From Chloroflexota bacterium (GTDB lineage Bacteria > Chloroflexota > Dehalococcoidia > Lucifugimonadales > UBA826): a stretch of 64,000 bases of DNA. Both the position numbers and the translations under genes were made by a program. The stretch covers positions 258 through 64,257 of the forward strand of contig QGNN01000003.1 in assembly GCA_003228105.1 (NCBI GenBank), in the 5' to 3' direction. A model generated the notes under the pieces. It ran no database searches and was not told the DNA's origin. It worked only from the letters and a program-made list of their open reading frames with translations. This document shows positions 18,924 to 29,457 of the stretch, in pieces (the first letter of the stretch is position 1; every line of letters begins with the position of its first letter).

Positions 18924-19784
18924 ATGCCACATGCACCGATCAACGGAATAGACATTTATTACGAAGCCTACGGTACAGGTGACACGATTGTATTTTGCCA
19001 TGAATTTGCAGGAGATATTCGATCGTGGGACTTACAAGTAAATCATTTTTCCAGAAATTTCCAAGTAATCACTTACTGTGCTAGAGGCTATTCTCCGACT
19101 TCAGTACCTGAAAAGCCAGAATCATATAGCCAAGATCTCGTTGTTGATGACCTTAAAGGGTTGATGGATTTTTTGAGAATTGATCAAGCTCATATAGTTG
19201 GTCTTTCAATGGGAGGAAATGTTGCCCTAAATTTCGGTATTAAATACCCGGAACAAGCCAAAACATTAACAATAGCAGGGACGGGGACTGGTTCAGATAA
19301 TCCTGACCTTTTTCGGGAACGCATTTTAAAGTTTTCGGATGGAATGAGGTCAGAAGGTATGGCTTTTATGTCAGATTACATTAAAGGCCCCCAAAGGGTT
19401 CAGCACCAGTTGAAAGACCCTAAAGGCTATCAACTTTTCTGTGAACAATTCTTGGAACATTCCAACATAGGTTCTGCCAATACCTTCTATGGCATTATGG
19501 CCAAAAGGCCGCCTATTTTTGATTTAAAGAACCAACTTTCAAACATAAAAACTCCGGTTTTAGTGATGACCGGGGATGAGGACGACCCCTGCATTAAACC
19601 ATCCCTTTTTATCAAAGAATCTATACCTGGTGCAGGCCTAATAATGTTTCCAAGATCCGGACATCCAATTAACCTAGAAGAGCCACAGTTGTTTAATACT
19701 TCTGTAACTGAATTTATCAATCATTCAGGGGCCTCCTACTGGGGGCCACGCGGTCAGGGTGAGGCAGAAGGATCTTTAACCTAA
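18924..19784 (+). CDS. alpha/beta-fold hydrolase
   Basis: Nucleophile elbow GLSMGG (GxSxG), HEFAG oxyanion region, AAAGGAG SD. Confidence 0.85.
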   Translation: MPHAPINGIDIYYEAYGTGDTIVFCHEFAGDIRSWDLQVNHFSRNFQVITYCARGYSPTSVPEKPESYSQDLVVDDLKGLMDFLRIDQAHIVGLSMGGNVALNFGIKYPEQAKTLTIAGTGTGSDNPDLFRERILKFSDGMRSEGMAFMSDYIKGPQRVQHQLKDPKGYQLFCEQFLEHSNIGSANTFYGIMAKRPPIFDLKNQLSNIKTPVLVMTGDEDDPCIKPSLFIKESIPGAGLIMFPRSGHPINLEEPQLFNTSVTEFINHSGASYWGPRGQGEAEGSLT

Positions 19785-20002
19785 CAGAATTTTGAGTTGG
19801 TGGTTGGATTACCGGTCGGAATGGGACAGCCGAAATCTGAGAGATAGCAAGAAGTATTTGTTGTCTGAACTTACTCCGAAACCAGCACAGGACTAAATAA
19901 TATCCCGGCACGTCATGGTAGCACCGCCGGCACGCTGCCTATCATGTTTATTCATGATGTAAAATTCTGATTAAATTTTCGTTGAAAAAATGGGGTTCAA
20001 AA

Positions 20003-21109
20003 TCAGATCTGATACTTGACTACCGAATAATGATCGAGCTCTAGCCCAAGGCCTGGTTTGTCATGGAATGGAGACCAGTAACCATCCTTCTGTTTTGGGA
20101 AATCTACGTACCATAACTTATCTCCCTCCAGAGACACATTCATGTACTCAACGACTTGCAGATTTGGCGTTGCGCATGCTACGTGAAGATGGGCTAATTG
20201 AAGTGCATGTGGAGCTACCGGCAGGTTAAAAGAATGCGCCAGATGGGCTATTTTCAGCCATTCTGTGACACCTCCAACTCGGCCAATATCGGGCTGAACA
20301 ATATCAGCTCCTCCACGACTGATAAGATCTCTAAAGCCATATTTTGTGTATTCGTGCTCCCCCGTAGCTATAGGAATACTAGTGGCTTTGGATATTTCGG
20401 CCATTCCATCTATGTCATCTGGTATCAAGGGTTCCTCAAACCAACCGACCTGAAACTGTTCAAATTCCTTAGCCATGTAGATCGCCTGTTTCCGGTAATA
20501 ACCGTTGTTTGCATCAATGTAGATGCTGACGTTATCGCCAACAGCCTTCCTCACTGCAGCGACCCTTTCAATATCTTCTCTTTCTGATGATCCAAAATTC
20601 TTTCCCACTTTCATTTTGACCCTTGGTATTCCGTCCGACACATATCTTGTCATTTCCTCAAGAAGTTCTTTTTCTGAGAAGTTGGTCCAACCACCACTCC
20701 CATAAACAGGAACGGAATCTGTATATGCTCCTAGCAATTTGTACAAAGGAAGGTTCACATATTTTCCTTTGAGGTCCCATAGGCCTATATCAATGGCTGA
20801 AATTGCGCAGAAGGCTATTCCCTTCCTACCATAGCCTCGTACTTTCCAGTACATGTCGTTCCATAATCGTTCTATATCCAGCGGGTCTTTTCCTACCAAC
20901 TCTGATTTAAGGGAATTTTCGATTACATCTATTACCCCTGGGGAGGCGTATGTCATTCCAAGACCCTCTATATTTTCATCCGTCTTGATGTGAACGAAGA
21001 TTTGCCCTCTTCCTCCTGATCCCTCCTTTGGGGTCGGTATGGTGGCGTCCTGTATCGGATGTCCTTCTGGGTTGTGAAGTTGAATTGCGGTTATGTCTGT
21101 TATTTTCAT
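20003..21109 (-). CDS. enolase-superfamily enzyme (mandelate racemase/muconate lactonizing family)
   Basis: Metal-ligand blocks IYIDANNGY, WFEEPL and IATGEHE. 368 aa. Confidence 0.85.
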   Translation of the reverse strand: MKITDITAIQLHNPEGHPIQDATIPTPKEGSGGRGQIFVHIKTDENIEGLGMTYASPGVIDVIENSLKSELVGKDPLDIERLWNDMYWKVRGYGRKGIAFCAISAIDIGLWDLKGKYVNLPLYKLLGAYTDSVPVYGSGGWTNFSEKELLEEMTRYVSDGIPRVKMKVGKNFGSSEREDIERVAAVRKAVGDNVSIYIDANNGYYRKQAIYMAKEFEQFQVGWFEEPLIPDDIDGMAEISKATSIPIATGEHEYTKYGFRDLISRGGADIVQPDIGRVGGVTEWLKIAHLAHSFNLPVAPHALQLAHLHVACATPNLQVVEYMNVSLEGDKLWYVDFPKQKDGYWSPFHDKPGLGLELDHYSVVKYQI

Positions 21110-21136
21110 TCTGGTCCCTTTAGTAAATTGATGAAT

Positions 21137-22807
21137 CTACATTTTTTCGGGCTTGCTCATGCCCATCAATTCTAGGCAGTTGACGAGCGTCAGTTTCGTT
21201 GCAGCACATAATTTTAACCTGGCCTTACTCAATCCAAGGTCTTTTTCATTTTCTGAAATGACTCTGCAATTCTGATAAAAGTTATGAAAAGCTGTCGCCA
21301 GTTCCAAAGAATAGTGTGGGAGGTGGTGAACTTCATAAGTATCTGCAATAGCATTAATTATGGAAGGCAATTCCAAGATTTTATTGATTAGCTGAATCTC
21401 AGATTCATGATTCAATATAGAAACCGAACCGTTTGAATAGTTTATCTTCTTTTCAACAGCTAGATCCAAGATGCTGCATATTCTCGCATGGCCATACTGA
21501 ATGTAATAAACGGGATTTTCAGAAGACTGGCTTTTAGCCAGATCTAGGTCAAAATCAAGCTGAGTTTCGTGGGCGCGGGATAAAAACATGAACCTGCAAG
21601 CGTCGGTTCCAATTTCATTTACTAGTTCTATCAGTGGAACAACGTTACCTTCTCGCTTGGAAAGTTTTTCAGTGGTTTCTCCTTTTTTGAACCGGACCAT
21701 TTGAACCAGAATTATTTCTAGATTGTCAGGGTCACAGCCGAGCATTTTCATAGCGGATTTGAGCCTTGGTACCTGACCCTGATGATCCGCACCCCAGACG
21801 TCAATAACAGTATCGAATTTTCTATGAATAAATTTATTGTAATGATATGCAATGTCAGTAGAAAAGTAAGTGGGGGTCCCATTATTTCGTATCAGAACAT
21901 TATCTTTTTCTTCCCCTAAATTGCTATTTAGTAGCCATGTCGCACCGTCTTTATCGGCCACATAACCCGTCTTTTTGAGCAGGCCTATGCATTTCTCAAA
22001 TTGACCGTCTTCAAAAAGACTTTTTTCACTGAACCAATTGTCGAAATCGATGTGCAGCGATTCAATATCCTCCTTAATGCCCTCTATCATTAGTCGAATG
22101 CCAGCTTTGCCTAGGTCTGACAATGCTCCAGGGTCATCAGTGTCATAGTTAGCACTATCTAAATCCCTTATTTTTTCAGCAACTACTACTACATCTTCAC
22201 CAGGATACGAGTCTTCCGGGAGTTCGACATCATTCCCGAGTGATTGCATATATCTAGCAACCAGGGATCGATTGAATTTATCTATTTGGGCTCCGGCATC
22301 ATTCAGATAGTATTCTTGTTCAACTTCGAATCCAGCGGACTTTAATACATTGGCAAGCGTACTACCGATCACAGCCCCTCTGGCATGTGCTACGTGTAAT
22401 CTTCCAGTCGGGTTGGCACTTATATATTCAACTTGAATTTTTTTGCCTTTCCCAGCATTAGTAACTCCGTAACTTTTTGGATCAGACAGCATCTGATCAA
22501 CCTGGTCTTGCAACCATTTTCTACTTAACACAAAGTTGAGGAAGCCTGGATTAGCCACCACTACATCTTCTAGAAGCGTATTTTTTTTCAGGTATTTAGC
22601 AAGCACATTGGCTATTTCTATAGGGCTTTTCTTCAATGGTTTTGCTAGCTTCAACGGAAGACTTGAAGCATAGTCACCGTGCTCAGGGTTTTGTGGTCTT
22701 TCAACCGCGGTGTCTCCGATTTCAGCGGCAGGTATAAGATTGTCCTGTTGGGCCTCTTCAAAGGCTTTTTGAATCGAAGCGCTGAGAATCTCAGGAATGG
22801 TTGTCAA
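21137..22807 (-). CDS. argS: arginine--tRNA ligase
   Basis: 556 aa with a class I HIGH-type motif (HVAHARG), a KMSKS-like motif (KLSKREG) and a C-terminal DALR anticodon-binding-like region. Confidence 0.95.
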   Translation of the reverse strand: MTTIPEILSASIQKAFEEAQQDNLIPAAEIGDTAVERPQNPEHGDYASSLPLKLAKPLKKSPIEIANVLAKYLKKNTLLEDVVVANPGFLNFVLSRKWLQDQVDQMLSDPKSYGVTNAGKGKKIQVEYISANPTGRLHVAHARGAVIGSTLANVLKSAGFEVEQEYYLNDAGAQIDKFNRSLVARYMQSLGNDVELPEDSYPGEDVVVVAEKIRDLDSANYDTDDPGALSDLGKAGIRLMIEGIKEDIESLHIDFDNWFSEKSLFEDGQFEKCIGLLKKTGYVADKDGATWLLNSNLGEEKDNVLIRNNGTPTYFSTDIAYHYNKFIHRKFDTVIDVWGADHQGQVPRLKSAMKMLGCDPDNLEIILVQMVRFKKGETTEKLSKREGNVVPLIELVNEIGTDACRFMFLSRAHETQLDFDLDLAKSQSSENPVYYIQYGHARICSILDLAVEKKINYSNGSVSILNHESEIQLINKILELPSIINAIADTYEVHHLPHYSLELATAFHNFYQNCRVISENEKDLGLSKARLKLCAATKLTLVNCLELMGMSKPEKM

Positions 22808-22837
22808 TGTTGCAACTCCGATAAACCTTGATCTTCG

Positions 22838-23896
22838 CTATCCCGTGACGTGTATTGTAGGATCAGTGTCTGAAGGAGTGTAAACTTCCCCAATTATTTG
22901 ATTACTTAATGTGCCTGCCTCAGACAGCAATTGTTGTAATTTATCTGCCTTATCTGGGTTGACTGAAATCAATAGTCCTCCAGAGGTCTGGGCATCGGAT
23001 AAAAGGATTTTATCGTTTTCTGAGATTTCTTTATCCCACAACACCGTCGATTTTAGAGAAGCTAGATTCCGAATAGTTCCTCCCGGTGCTATTCCTTGTT
23101 CCAATAGATCGGTTGTGCCCTCTATCACCGGTACTTTGGACTTATAAATCCGGGCACCTAGCCCACTGCCCTCCATCATTTCTCTCAGATGCCCCAACAA
23201 TCCAAAACCTGTAACGTCAGAGCAAGCGTTTACGCCAACTGAAATCATACATTCGGAGGCGGATTTGTTAAGCGCAGCCATAATTGCAACAGCATTTTCA
23301 AGAACCTCAGCAGCTACTTTTTCTTGTTTTCCGGCAGTAGTTATTATCCCAGTACCTATAGGCTTTGTTAGCAGCAAAAGATCTCCAGATTTGGAGGTGC
23401 TGTTTGCCGTTTGTGAGCCAGGGTTTACTATTCCTGTTACTGAAAGTCCATATTTCGGTTCAGCATCAACCACACTGTGTCCTCCGGCTATTACTATGCC
23501 GGCTTCGAGTGCTTTTGAGGCGCCACCTTTAAGGATTTCCCCCAGAATCGACATGTCTAAATCTGAAGGGAAACCAACCACGTTTAATGCCGCGATGGGT
23601 TTGGCTCCCATTGCATAGACGTCACTTAGGGAGTTAGCAGCAGCTATTTGTCCGAAGATAAATGGGTCATCCACAATCGGGGGAAAAAAATCGACTGTTA
23701 AAACGACAGCCAAATCATCGTTTAACTTGTAAACGGCGGCGTCATCACTAGTCTTTGTTCCAACTAGTAGGTTTGGATGTGTCATATCTGGCAGCTGGCT
23801 CAGAACTTGAGCCAGGTCGTCTGGACTTAGTTTAGACGCTCAACCTGCGCACGATGCAAGTTCTGTGAGCCTAACTTTTTCATGTTGATGCTGCAT
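22838..23896 (-). CDS. selD: selenide, water dikinase (selenophosphate synthetase), Sec-containing
   Basis: The track ORF (22838..23785) lacks the catalytic N-terminus. Reading upstream in frame gives MQHQHEKVRLTELASCAG-UGA-ASKLSPDDLAQVLSQLPD, which matches the SelD G-[C/U]-G-C-K-ISP loop. UGA at 23840..23842 falls on the catalytic Cys position. ATG at 23896. Confidence 0.85.
23795..23815 (-). promoter_or_regulatory. candidate bacterial SECIS stem-loop in selD mRNA
   Basis: Perfect 8-bp stem CUGGCUCA/UGAGCCAG with 5-nt loop AGUUC. It starts 25 nt after the UGA, and a loop G lies about 34 nt downstream of the UGA. Confidence 0.55.
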
Positions 23897-24036
23897 TTTT
23901 AGTATCCTAGCTGATGAAATTATTAACTATTATATCTGTATCCCGGTTGCTATATAGCACAAAGCGGAAATTCACTATTCGGATATCATTAGGTCGCATC
24001 ATTTTTTGAATAAGTAAAAAGGTTTTTATTTTACAG

Positions 24037-25017
24037 ATGAGATACTCTGATTTTTCGGTTAATGATATTAATTTGTCCGTTATCGGATTTCCTTTGTGGA
24101 CTTTGGCAACCAGAGGCTGGGGGAGAAAGGATCCCAACGTTGCCATTTATTTATTGCGGCAGGCGTTTAACCAAGGTATAAATTTTTTTGATACCGCGGA
24201 TTCTTACGGTAACGGGTACGGGGAAGAATTACTTCGAGAAGCACTCTCTCCAATAAGAAAAGAAATCGTTATATCTACTAAATTTGGGTTCGACTTTTAT
24301 TCGCCCCAACTAAACAATGAAGGTGGGGGCAGTAAAAAATTTAACCCTGAATATGTTTCTTATGCCTGTGAACAATCTTTACGCCGCCTTGGAACTGACT
24401 ACATTGATATGTACCTTGTTCATTATCCATCTTATGATGAGGTCGAAAACGATGATTTATATGAAGTGCTCGAGAAACTTGTAGAGGCAGGAAAGATCTT
24501 GAGATTCGGACTGGCAATCGATGACGGACCGGAAGCAACGGAAATAGCTAAACTGCTTGTTTCAGAAAGAAAGTTAGATTTAATTCATGCACCTTTTAGT
24601 TTGCTGGAACAAGACTTAGTTTCAAGTCTTTCTGAGATCAGCGAGGACTTATCTGTCATAGCCAGAAGAATTCACGCATTCGGTCTGCTAGACGATTTTT
24701 ACGATCCAAAAATCTTCCAAGACTCTAACCTTGGGCAACAACAAGACCACCTCGTATTTAGCAATATTTTAGCAAGGCGGCCATATTACGATTTCGTCTC
24801 AGATATTTTCGAAGAGAATATTTCAGATATTGCCTTGAGGTTCACGATAACAAATCAAAGTATTGCTTCGGCACTTCCAAATATTAATGATATTGATAAC
24901 TTATCTGACTACTGTTTATCGGCCGATAAACCGGATTTGGATGACGAACTTATGCAAGGGATAAGTGACGTATTTCAAGAGCAGAAACAAAGTGGGCAAA
25001 AAGAGGAAAATGAATAA
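24037..25017 (+). CDS. aldo/keto reductase
   Basis: AKR signature region GINFFDTADSYGNGYGEELL and the later IDMYLVHYP block. Confidence 0.8.
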   Translation: MRYSDFSVNDINLSVIGFPLWTLATRGWGRKDPNVAIYLLRQAFNQGINFFDTADSYGNGYGEELLREALSPIRKEIVISTKFGFDFYSPQLNNEGGGSKKFNPEYVSYACEQSLRRLGTDYIDMYLVHYPSYDEVENDDLYEVLEKLVEAGKILRFGLAIDDGPEATEIAKLLVSERKLDLIHAPFSLLEQDLVSSLSEISEDLSVIARRIHAFGLLDDFYDPKIFQDSNLGQQQDHLVFSNILARRPYYDFVSDIFEENISDIALRFTITNQSIASALPNINDIDNLSDYCLSADKPDLDDELMQGISDVFQEQKQSGQKEENE

Positions 25018-25034
25018 ACGCCAGCGAGATTTTG

Positions 25035-25496
25035 TTAGCTAGTTTGTCTTTTCTTTTTGGCCCTTTTCATTTCATCCTCAATCAACTTGAAGTCTCTACT
25101 GGGTAGTAAATGTATGCGATCCCAAAATGCTAGAGGCCAATCTTCTGGAGCCCATCTCTTCACGTACTCTAGACTTGGCCCTAATTGAAGACCGTCTATG
25201 TATTGTTCTTCATCTAAAACATAGTTGGGTTTCAATGTAATTCTGAATTTATATTCGCCAGGTTTATCTATAGGGGTCCAAATTGGAGACGCGTCCTCAA
25301 AATAGTCGGAGATTATGGTGGCCGAGGCGGTCCAGCATTTTTTATTCCTGTCAAAAAATATAACGCGATCTTTTGAATGCATTCTTTGGGCCCGTCTTTT
25401 ATATTTGGCGCTCATACCAAATACCTTATAGCCTTTTTTCCGTGTAATGGCAGAATTTTCGCTGTTGTCCACAAACATCCAGTAATTGGACCCCAT
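25035..25496 (-). CDS. EVE/PUA-like domain protein
   Basis: 153 aa. The NYWMF... N-terminus and beta-rich core resemble EVE (PUA-like) domains, followed by a basic C-terminal tail. Weak call. Confidence 0.45.
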   Translation of the reverse strand: MGSNYWMFVDNSENSAITRKKGYKVFGMSAKYKRRAQRMHSKDRVIFFDRNKKCWTASATIISDYFEDASPIWTPIDKPGEYKFRITLKPNYVLDEEQYIDGLQLGPSLEYVKRWAPEDWPLAFWDRIHLLPSRDFKLIEDEMKRAKKKRQTS

Positions 25497-25688
25497 CTTT
25501 TCCCCTTATTTTCTCGATTTTGAGATTACTAGGTTAGTTTTAGCAATATAGAGTAATTTCCTCAACATTGTACATCTGTTTCATTCGGTATCTTTTTAAG
25601 GGGTGCGAGCTTGTATGATTAACGTATAAAATGACTGCTGAGTTGCGGTGGTTATTAATATCTAAACAAGTTAGATCGGCTAATTTTC

Positions 25689-26363
25689 ATGAGCGGTTTT
25701 TCAGCGATAATTTTAGGTGCGGGCACTGGAGAAAGAATGCGTGGCATCGATAAAATAATGACCACTATTTGTGGGCTGCCGACGATACTACATTCTGTAA
25801 ACGCATTCCTTCGAACGGGGATTTTTGAAACAATGACAGTGGTTGCAAATACTCACAATATTTCTAAGCTTGAACATTTGATGTCTAGTCCCGAATATCG
25901 CATGGTTCAGGTGATTCTAGGAGGTATTAGGAGACAAGATTCCGTTAAAATTGCTCTGGCCAGTATTGATGCTGTCGACTATGTGGTGATTCATGATGGT
26001 GCTAGGCCTTGCGTATCTTCTGATCTTATAGGCCGTGCTGTTAAGGCGACTCAAACCTCAGATGCAGCGATACCTGTGCTTCCAGTTACAGACACAATAA
26101 AGATAGTAAGAGAGCTCAATGTTGTGTCAAATGTGGATAGATCCAATCTCTTTTCGACCCAAACCCCTCAGGTTTTTAAATATTCTAATATAGTTAAATT
26201 CCATAAAAATTTTACCGATGATGTAACAGATGACTCATCACTTGTGGAGATCTCTGGTGGTGATGTTTCTACCTTTGCTGGAGACCCTGAAAATATAAAA
26301 ATAACAAATCCGATAGATATTGAAATTGCGGAAACTATTTTGCAGAGACGTAGGAATCTATGA
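25689..26363 (+). CDS. ispD: 2-C-methyl-D-erythritol 4-phosphate cytidylyltransferase
   Basis: AIILGAGTGERM P-loop-like motif, IHDGARP and TQTPQ blocks. Overlaps ispF by 4 nt. Confidence 0.9.
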   Translation: MSGFSAIILGAGTGERMRGIDKIMTTICGLPTILHSVNAFLRTGIFETMTVVANTHNISKLEHLMSSPEYRMVQVILGGIRRQDSVKIALASIDAVDYVVIHDGARPCVSSDLIGRAVKATQTSDAAIPVLPVTDTIKIVRELNVVSNVDRSNLFSTQTPQVFKYSNIVKFHKNFTDDVTDDSSLVEISGGDVSTFAGDPENIKITNPIDIEIAETILQRRRNL

Positions 26364-26845
26364 ATACAATTCGCACTGGTATTGGGATAGATATACACAG
26401 GTTGCAAAAAGGCGAGACTTTGATTTTGGGGGGAGCGGAAATCCCTTCTCAATATGGCTTGCTTGGACATAGCGACGGTGACGTCCTGATACATGCGATT
26501 ATAGACGCGTTTCTAGGCGCGGCCAATTTAGGTGATATAGGCAGGTATTTTCCTTCGAACAATCCAGAATATAAAGGGATAAGCAGCGGGAAATTACTAG
26601 AAATTTCTTTAGATAAGGTTGTAGCTGAAGGATGGAAGCCTGTGTTTGTGGATGCTACAATTGTGGCCGAAAAACCACTGCTTGCAGAATTTATACCACA
26701 AATGACATTTAACATAGCGCATGCCATCAATTTAACACGAAGAGATATCAGTATTAAGGCAACTACCGCTGACGGGTTGGGGTATATCGGTAGGGGAGAG
26801 GGTATTTCTTGTCAGGCTATAGTCACTATCCAAAAACCAGAATGA
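26360..26845 (+). CDS. ispF: 2-C-methyl-D-erythritol 2,4-cyclodiphosphate synthase
   Basis: RTGIGIDIHRL and GHSDGDVLIHAIIDAFLGA motifs. 161 aa. Confidence 0.95.
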   Translation: MNTIRTGIGIDIHRLQKGETLILGGAEIPSQYGLLGHSDGDVLIHAIIDAFLGAANLGDIGRYFPSNNPEYKGISSGKLLEISLDKVVAEGWKPVFVDATIVAEKPLLAEFIPQMTFNIAHAINLTRRDISIKATTADGLGYIGRGEGISCQAIVTIQKPE

Positions 26846-28200
26846 GACTGTACAACACACTAAACAGGGTAGTAGAGGAACTTGTTGTAGAAGGCAACAC
26901 TATCAACATGTATGTGTGCGGCATAACTCCTTACGCACCTTCACATTTGGGCCACGCCATGTGCGCGATAGTTTTTGATGTCATTAGGCGATATTTGAAA
27001 TACAAAGGATATAAAGTCCATTTCATACAAAACTTTACTGATATAGATGACAAGATGATAACCGCTGCCAATGACGAAGGAATTGAAGTGTCAGAATTGG
27101 CAGAACGAAACATTCAGACTTACCTTTCAGAATTGAGACAGTTGAACGTGCTTCAGGCTTCATGTTACCCAAGAGCTACCCAAGAAATCAGTTCTATAGT
27201 AGCCGTAATTTCTGATTTGATTGAGAAAGACTATGCCTATGCAACTTCCGGCGATGTTTATTTCAGGGTAAAGAAAGATAAGGACTATGGGAAATTAAGC
27301 AGAAGGAACGTCGACGAATTGCTGGCTGGTGCGAGGTTGGAAATAGAGGAGACTAAGGAAAACCCTGCAGATTTCGCCCTGTGGAAAAGCCAAAAACCAG
27401 GAGAACCGGCTTGGGATAGCCCTTGGGGACAGGGACGTCCAGGGTGGCATATAGAATGTACCGCTATGTCGTTAACGTACCTCAACAATAGAGTTGATAT
27501 TCATGGTGGCGGTCAAGATTTAGTGTTTCCACATCATGAAAATGAAATTGCTCAATCAGAGTCTTACACTGGGATTGAGCCTTTTGCACGATATTGGATG
27601 CACAATGGTACTTTGGGCTATGGGGAAGAAAAAATGAGCAAATCATTGGGAAATGTGTTTTCCATTGAAAAAGCTCTAGAAGAGTTCTCTTCTGACGCCC
27701 TTAGGATGTTTTTTATAAGCTCGCACTACAGGACACCATTAGTGTTCAGCGACGAATCCGTCAAAGGGCAACAACGCGCCATAGAAAGGTTGAAATCTGC
27801 GTTGGCATCCTTTTCAGGTGATGGAGCTGTCCTTGAGACAGCGGGCTACCGAGATAGGTTTGAATCGGCGATGGATGAGGATTTCAACACCCCCATTGCA
27901 TTATCAGTGATTTTTGATCTTGCGAGAGATATTAATAGAGAATCTACTAATGGATTGAATGTCGAGGCGGCCCAGAAATTACTTTATGACTTAGGTGAAA
28001 TTTTGGGGCTGATCTTAAAAAGCGAAGATGCGAACTTTGATGGAAATTCAGCACCGTTCATCGATTTGTTGCTGGATATTCGCGAAGGACTTAGAAAAGA
28101 AAAGCAGTTTGAATTATCGGACCGGATTAGAGATAGATTGGATGATCTAGGGGTATCAATAGAAGATACGGTAACCGGAGCTCGATGGAAAATGGATTAG
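26842..28200 (+). CDS. cysS: cysteine--tRNA ligase
   Basis: MRLYNTL N-terminus, HLGHA (HIGH) and KMSKSLGN. ATG at 26842 forms an ATGA overlap with the ispF stop; the track start at 26809 is probably too long. Confidence 0.95.
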   Translation: MRLYNTLNRVVEELVVEGNTINMYVCGITPYAPSHLGHAMCAIVFDVIRRYLKYKGYKVHFIQNFTDIDDKMITAANDEGIEVSELAERNIQTYLSELRQLNVLQASCYPRATQEISSIVAVISDLIEKDYAYATSGDVYFRVKKDKDYGKLSRRNVDELLAGARLEIEETKENPADFALWKSQKPGEPAWDSPWGQGRPGWHIECTAMSLTYLNNRVDIHGGGQDLVFPHHENEIAQSESYTGIEPFARYWMHNGTLGYGEEKMSKSLGNVFSIEKALEEFSSDALRMFFISSHYRTPLVFSDESVKGQQRAIERLKSALASFSGDGAVLETAGYRDRFESAMDEDFNTPIALSVIFDLARDINRESTNGLNVEAAQKLLYDLGEILGLILKSEDANFDGNSAPFIDLLLDIREGLRKEKQFELSDRIRDRLDDLGVSIEDTVTGARWKMD

Positions 28201-28221
28201 ATTTGGAGGCAGTTTAAGGTA

Positions 28222-28440
28222 TTAGAACCAACTGCTAGCGCTGATTATAGAAACAAGTATAAAGACCACGACTAGCGCTATAGTAAATCGAAATAATGCT
28301 AGTTCTATGCCTCTTCTTGTTCTGAAAGAAGATTCGGCAGCTCCGAATAAGGCGGTACCCTGTCCTTTCACCTGCATGAGTATGACAGCAATCAGCAGAA
28401 GAGATATAAAAATCATAGTTATGTTTATTGCAGTATCCAC
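28222..28440 (-). CDS. secG: preprotein translocase subunit SecG
   Basis: 72-aa two-TM protein with the glycine-rich loop LMQVKGQG...FG typical of SecG. Confidence 0.7.
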   Translation of the reverse strand: MDTAINITMIFISLLLIAVILMQVKGQGTALFGAAESSFRTRRGIELALFRFTIALVVVFILVSIISASSWF

Positions 28441-28482
28441 AAAGTAATTATACTCCTATTTTTTTACGATGTTGCGAGGATA

Positions 28483-29424
28483 TTAACCACAGTAATTTTC
28501 CATTATGAATTTGGCTAATTTACCAGAATTGTGCCGAACCCTATGTTCTTCGTCCAACAAATCGGAAGTTGCGATTATATGTTTCGTTGACTCTGTAAAC
28601 GGATCAACAGCTTCACCACGGAATTGTTCACCGATGTCACCAATATTATCATTGGCTATTATCATATCCAAAATTTCCGATCCTAGGTAATGTTCCAGTA
28701 CCTCTATGTGCCTTACAACGTTGAAATGCTGGGTTTCACCGATTTCGGTCGCCACGTTGCAAACGTAGTATTTAAGACCTTTTGATTCGGCAATTGCATC
28801 AACAATTCCTGGTACCATCAAAACGGGCAATATGCTAGTGTATAAACTCCCTGGACCTATTACTATCAAATCTGCATTGGAGATAGCTTTAATAGCTGTC
28901 GGTGAGGCTTCTGCATCGGGTGGATCTATAAATAATTCTTTGATTTCGGATGAACTTTCCTTGACGTTTGACTCTCCCTGAATAAACTGGCCGTCAGCTA
29001 ATTTCACGGATAAATTCATATTTTCTATTGTTGCAGGGACTACCCGTCCTGTAACTGATAATATTCTACTAGATTCGGTGAGAGCATCTTCAAAACTATT
29101 TGTCACATCTGTCATGGCTGCTATAAAAAGATTGCCAAAACTATGCCCTTGAAGTTCAGATCCTTCTGGGAATCGGTATTGGAATAATTCTTTTAGTAAG
29201 GAATCTTCGTCTGATAACGCCACGATGCAGTTTCTGAAGTCACCAGGGGGGATAATGCCCATTTCTCGACGTAATCTACCTGAACTGCCGCCATCATCTG
29301 TAACCCCGATTACTGCTGTTATTCGTTTGGTGTGTTGTTTGAGTCCCCTCAGTAATACTGATAGCCCTGTCCCGCCGCCTATTGCAACTATGCGAGGGGT
29401 CTTGTTTTTGAAATTATCGTTCAT
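28483..29424 (-). CDS. YvcK/CofD-family gluconeogenesis factor (UPF0052)
   Basis: IVAIGGGTGLSVLLRGLK N-terminal motif and the VTDDGGSSGRLR block. Confidence 0.85.
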   Translation of the reverse strand: MNDNFKNKTPRIVAIGGGTGLSVLLRGLKQHTKRITAVIGVTDDGGSSGRLRREMGIIPPGDFRNCIVALSDEDSLLKELFQYRFPEGSELQGHSFGNLFIAAMTDVTNSFEDALTESSRILSVTGRVVPATIENMNLSVKLADGQFIQGESNVKESSSEIKELFIDPPDAEASPTAIKAISNADLIVIGPGSLYTSILPVLMVPGIVDAIAESKGLKYYVCNVATEIGETQHFNVVRHIEVLEHYLGSEILDMIIANDNIGDIGEQFRGEAVDPFTESTKHIIATSDLLDEEHRVRHNSGKLAKFIMENYCG

Positions 29425-29457
29425 AACTAATTTTGAATTAAGATCGGAGTAATAAAA

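Noticed and set aside
19785-20002. A relatively GC-rich 218-bp convergent spacer with the octamer CCGGCACG repeated at 19905..19912 and 19927..19934, considered as a tRNA-Sec, riboswitch or sRNA
   Set aside because: I could not build a cloverleaf with an 8-bp acceptor stem and UCA anticodon on either strand. No B12-box or other riboswitch core motif was recognised. No gene lies downstream to regulate. The overlapping 64-aa ORF (19717..19911) looks like noise. It is left unexplained and merits only a covariance-model scan.
23907-24146. 79-aa ORF in the selD/aldo-keto reductase divergent region
   Set aside because: It overlaps the start of the well-supported aldo-keto reductase gene on the opposite strand and the promoter region. 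There is no SD and no recognisable motif.
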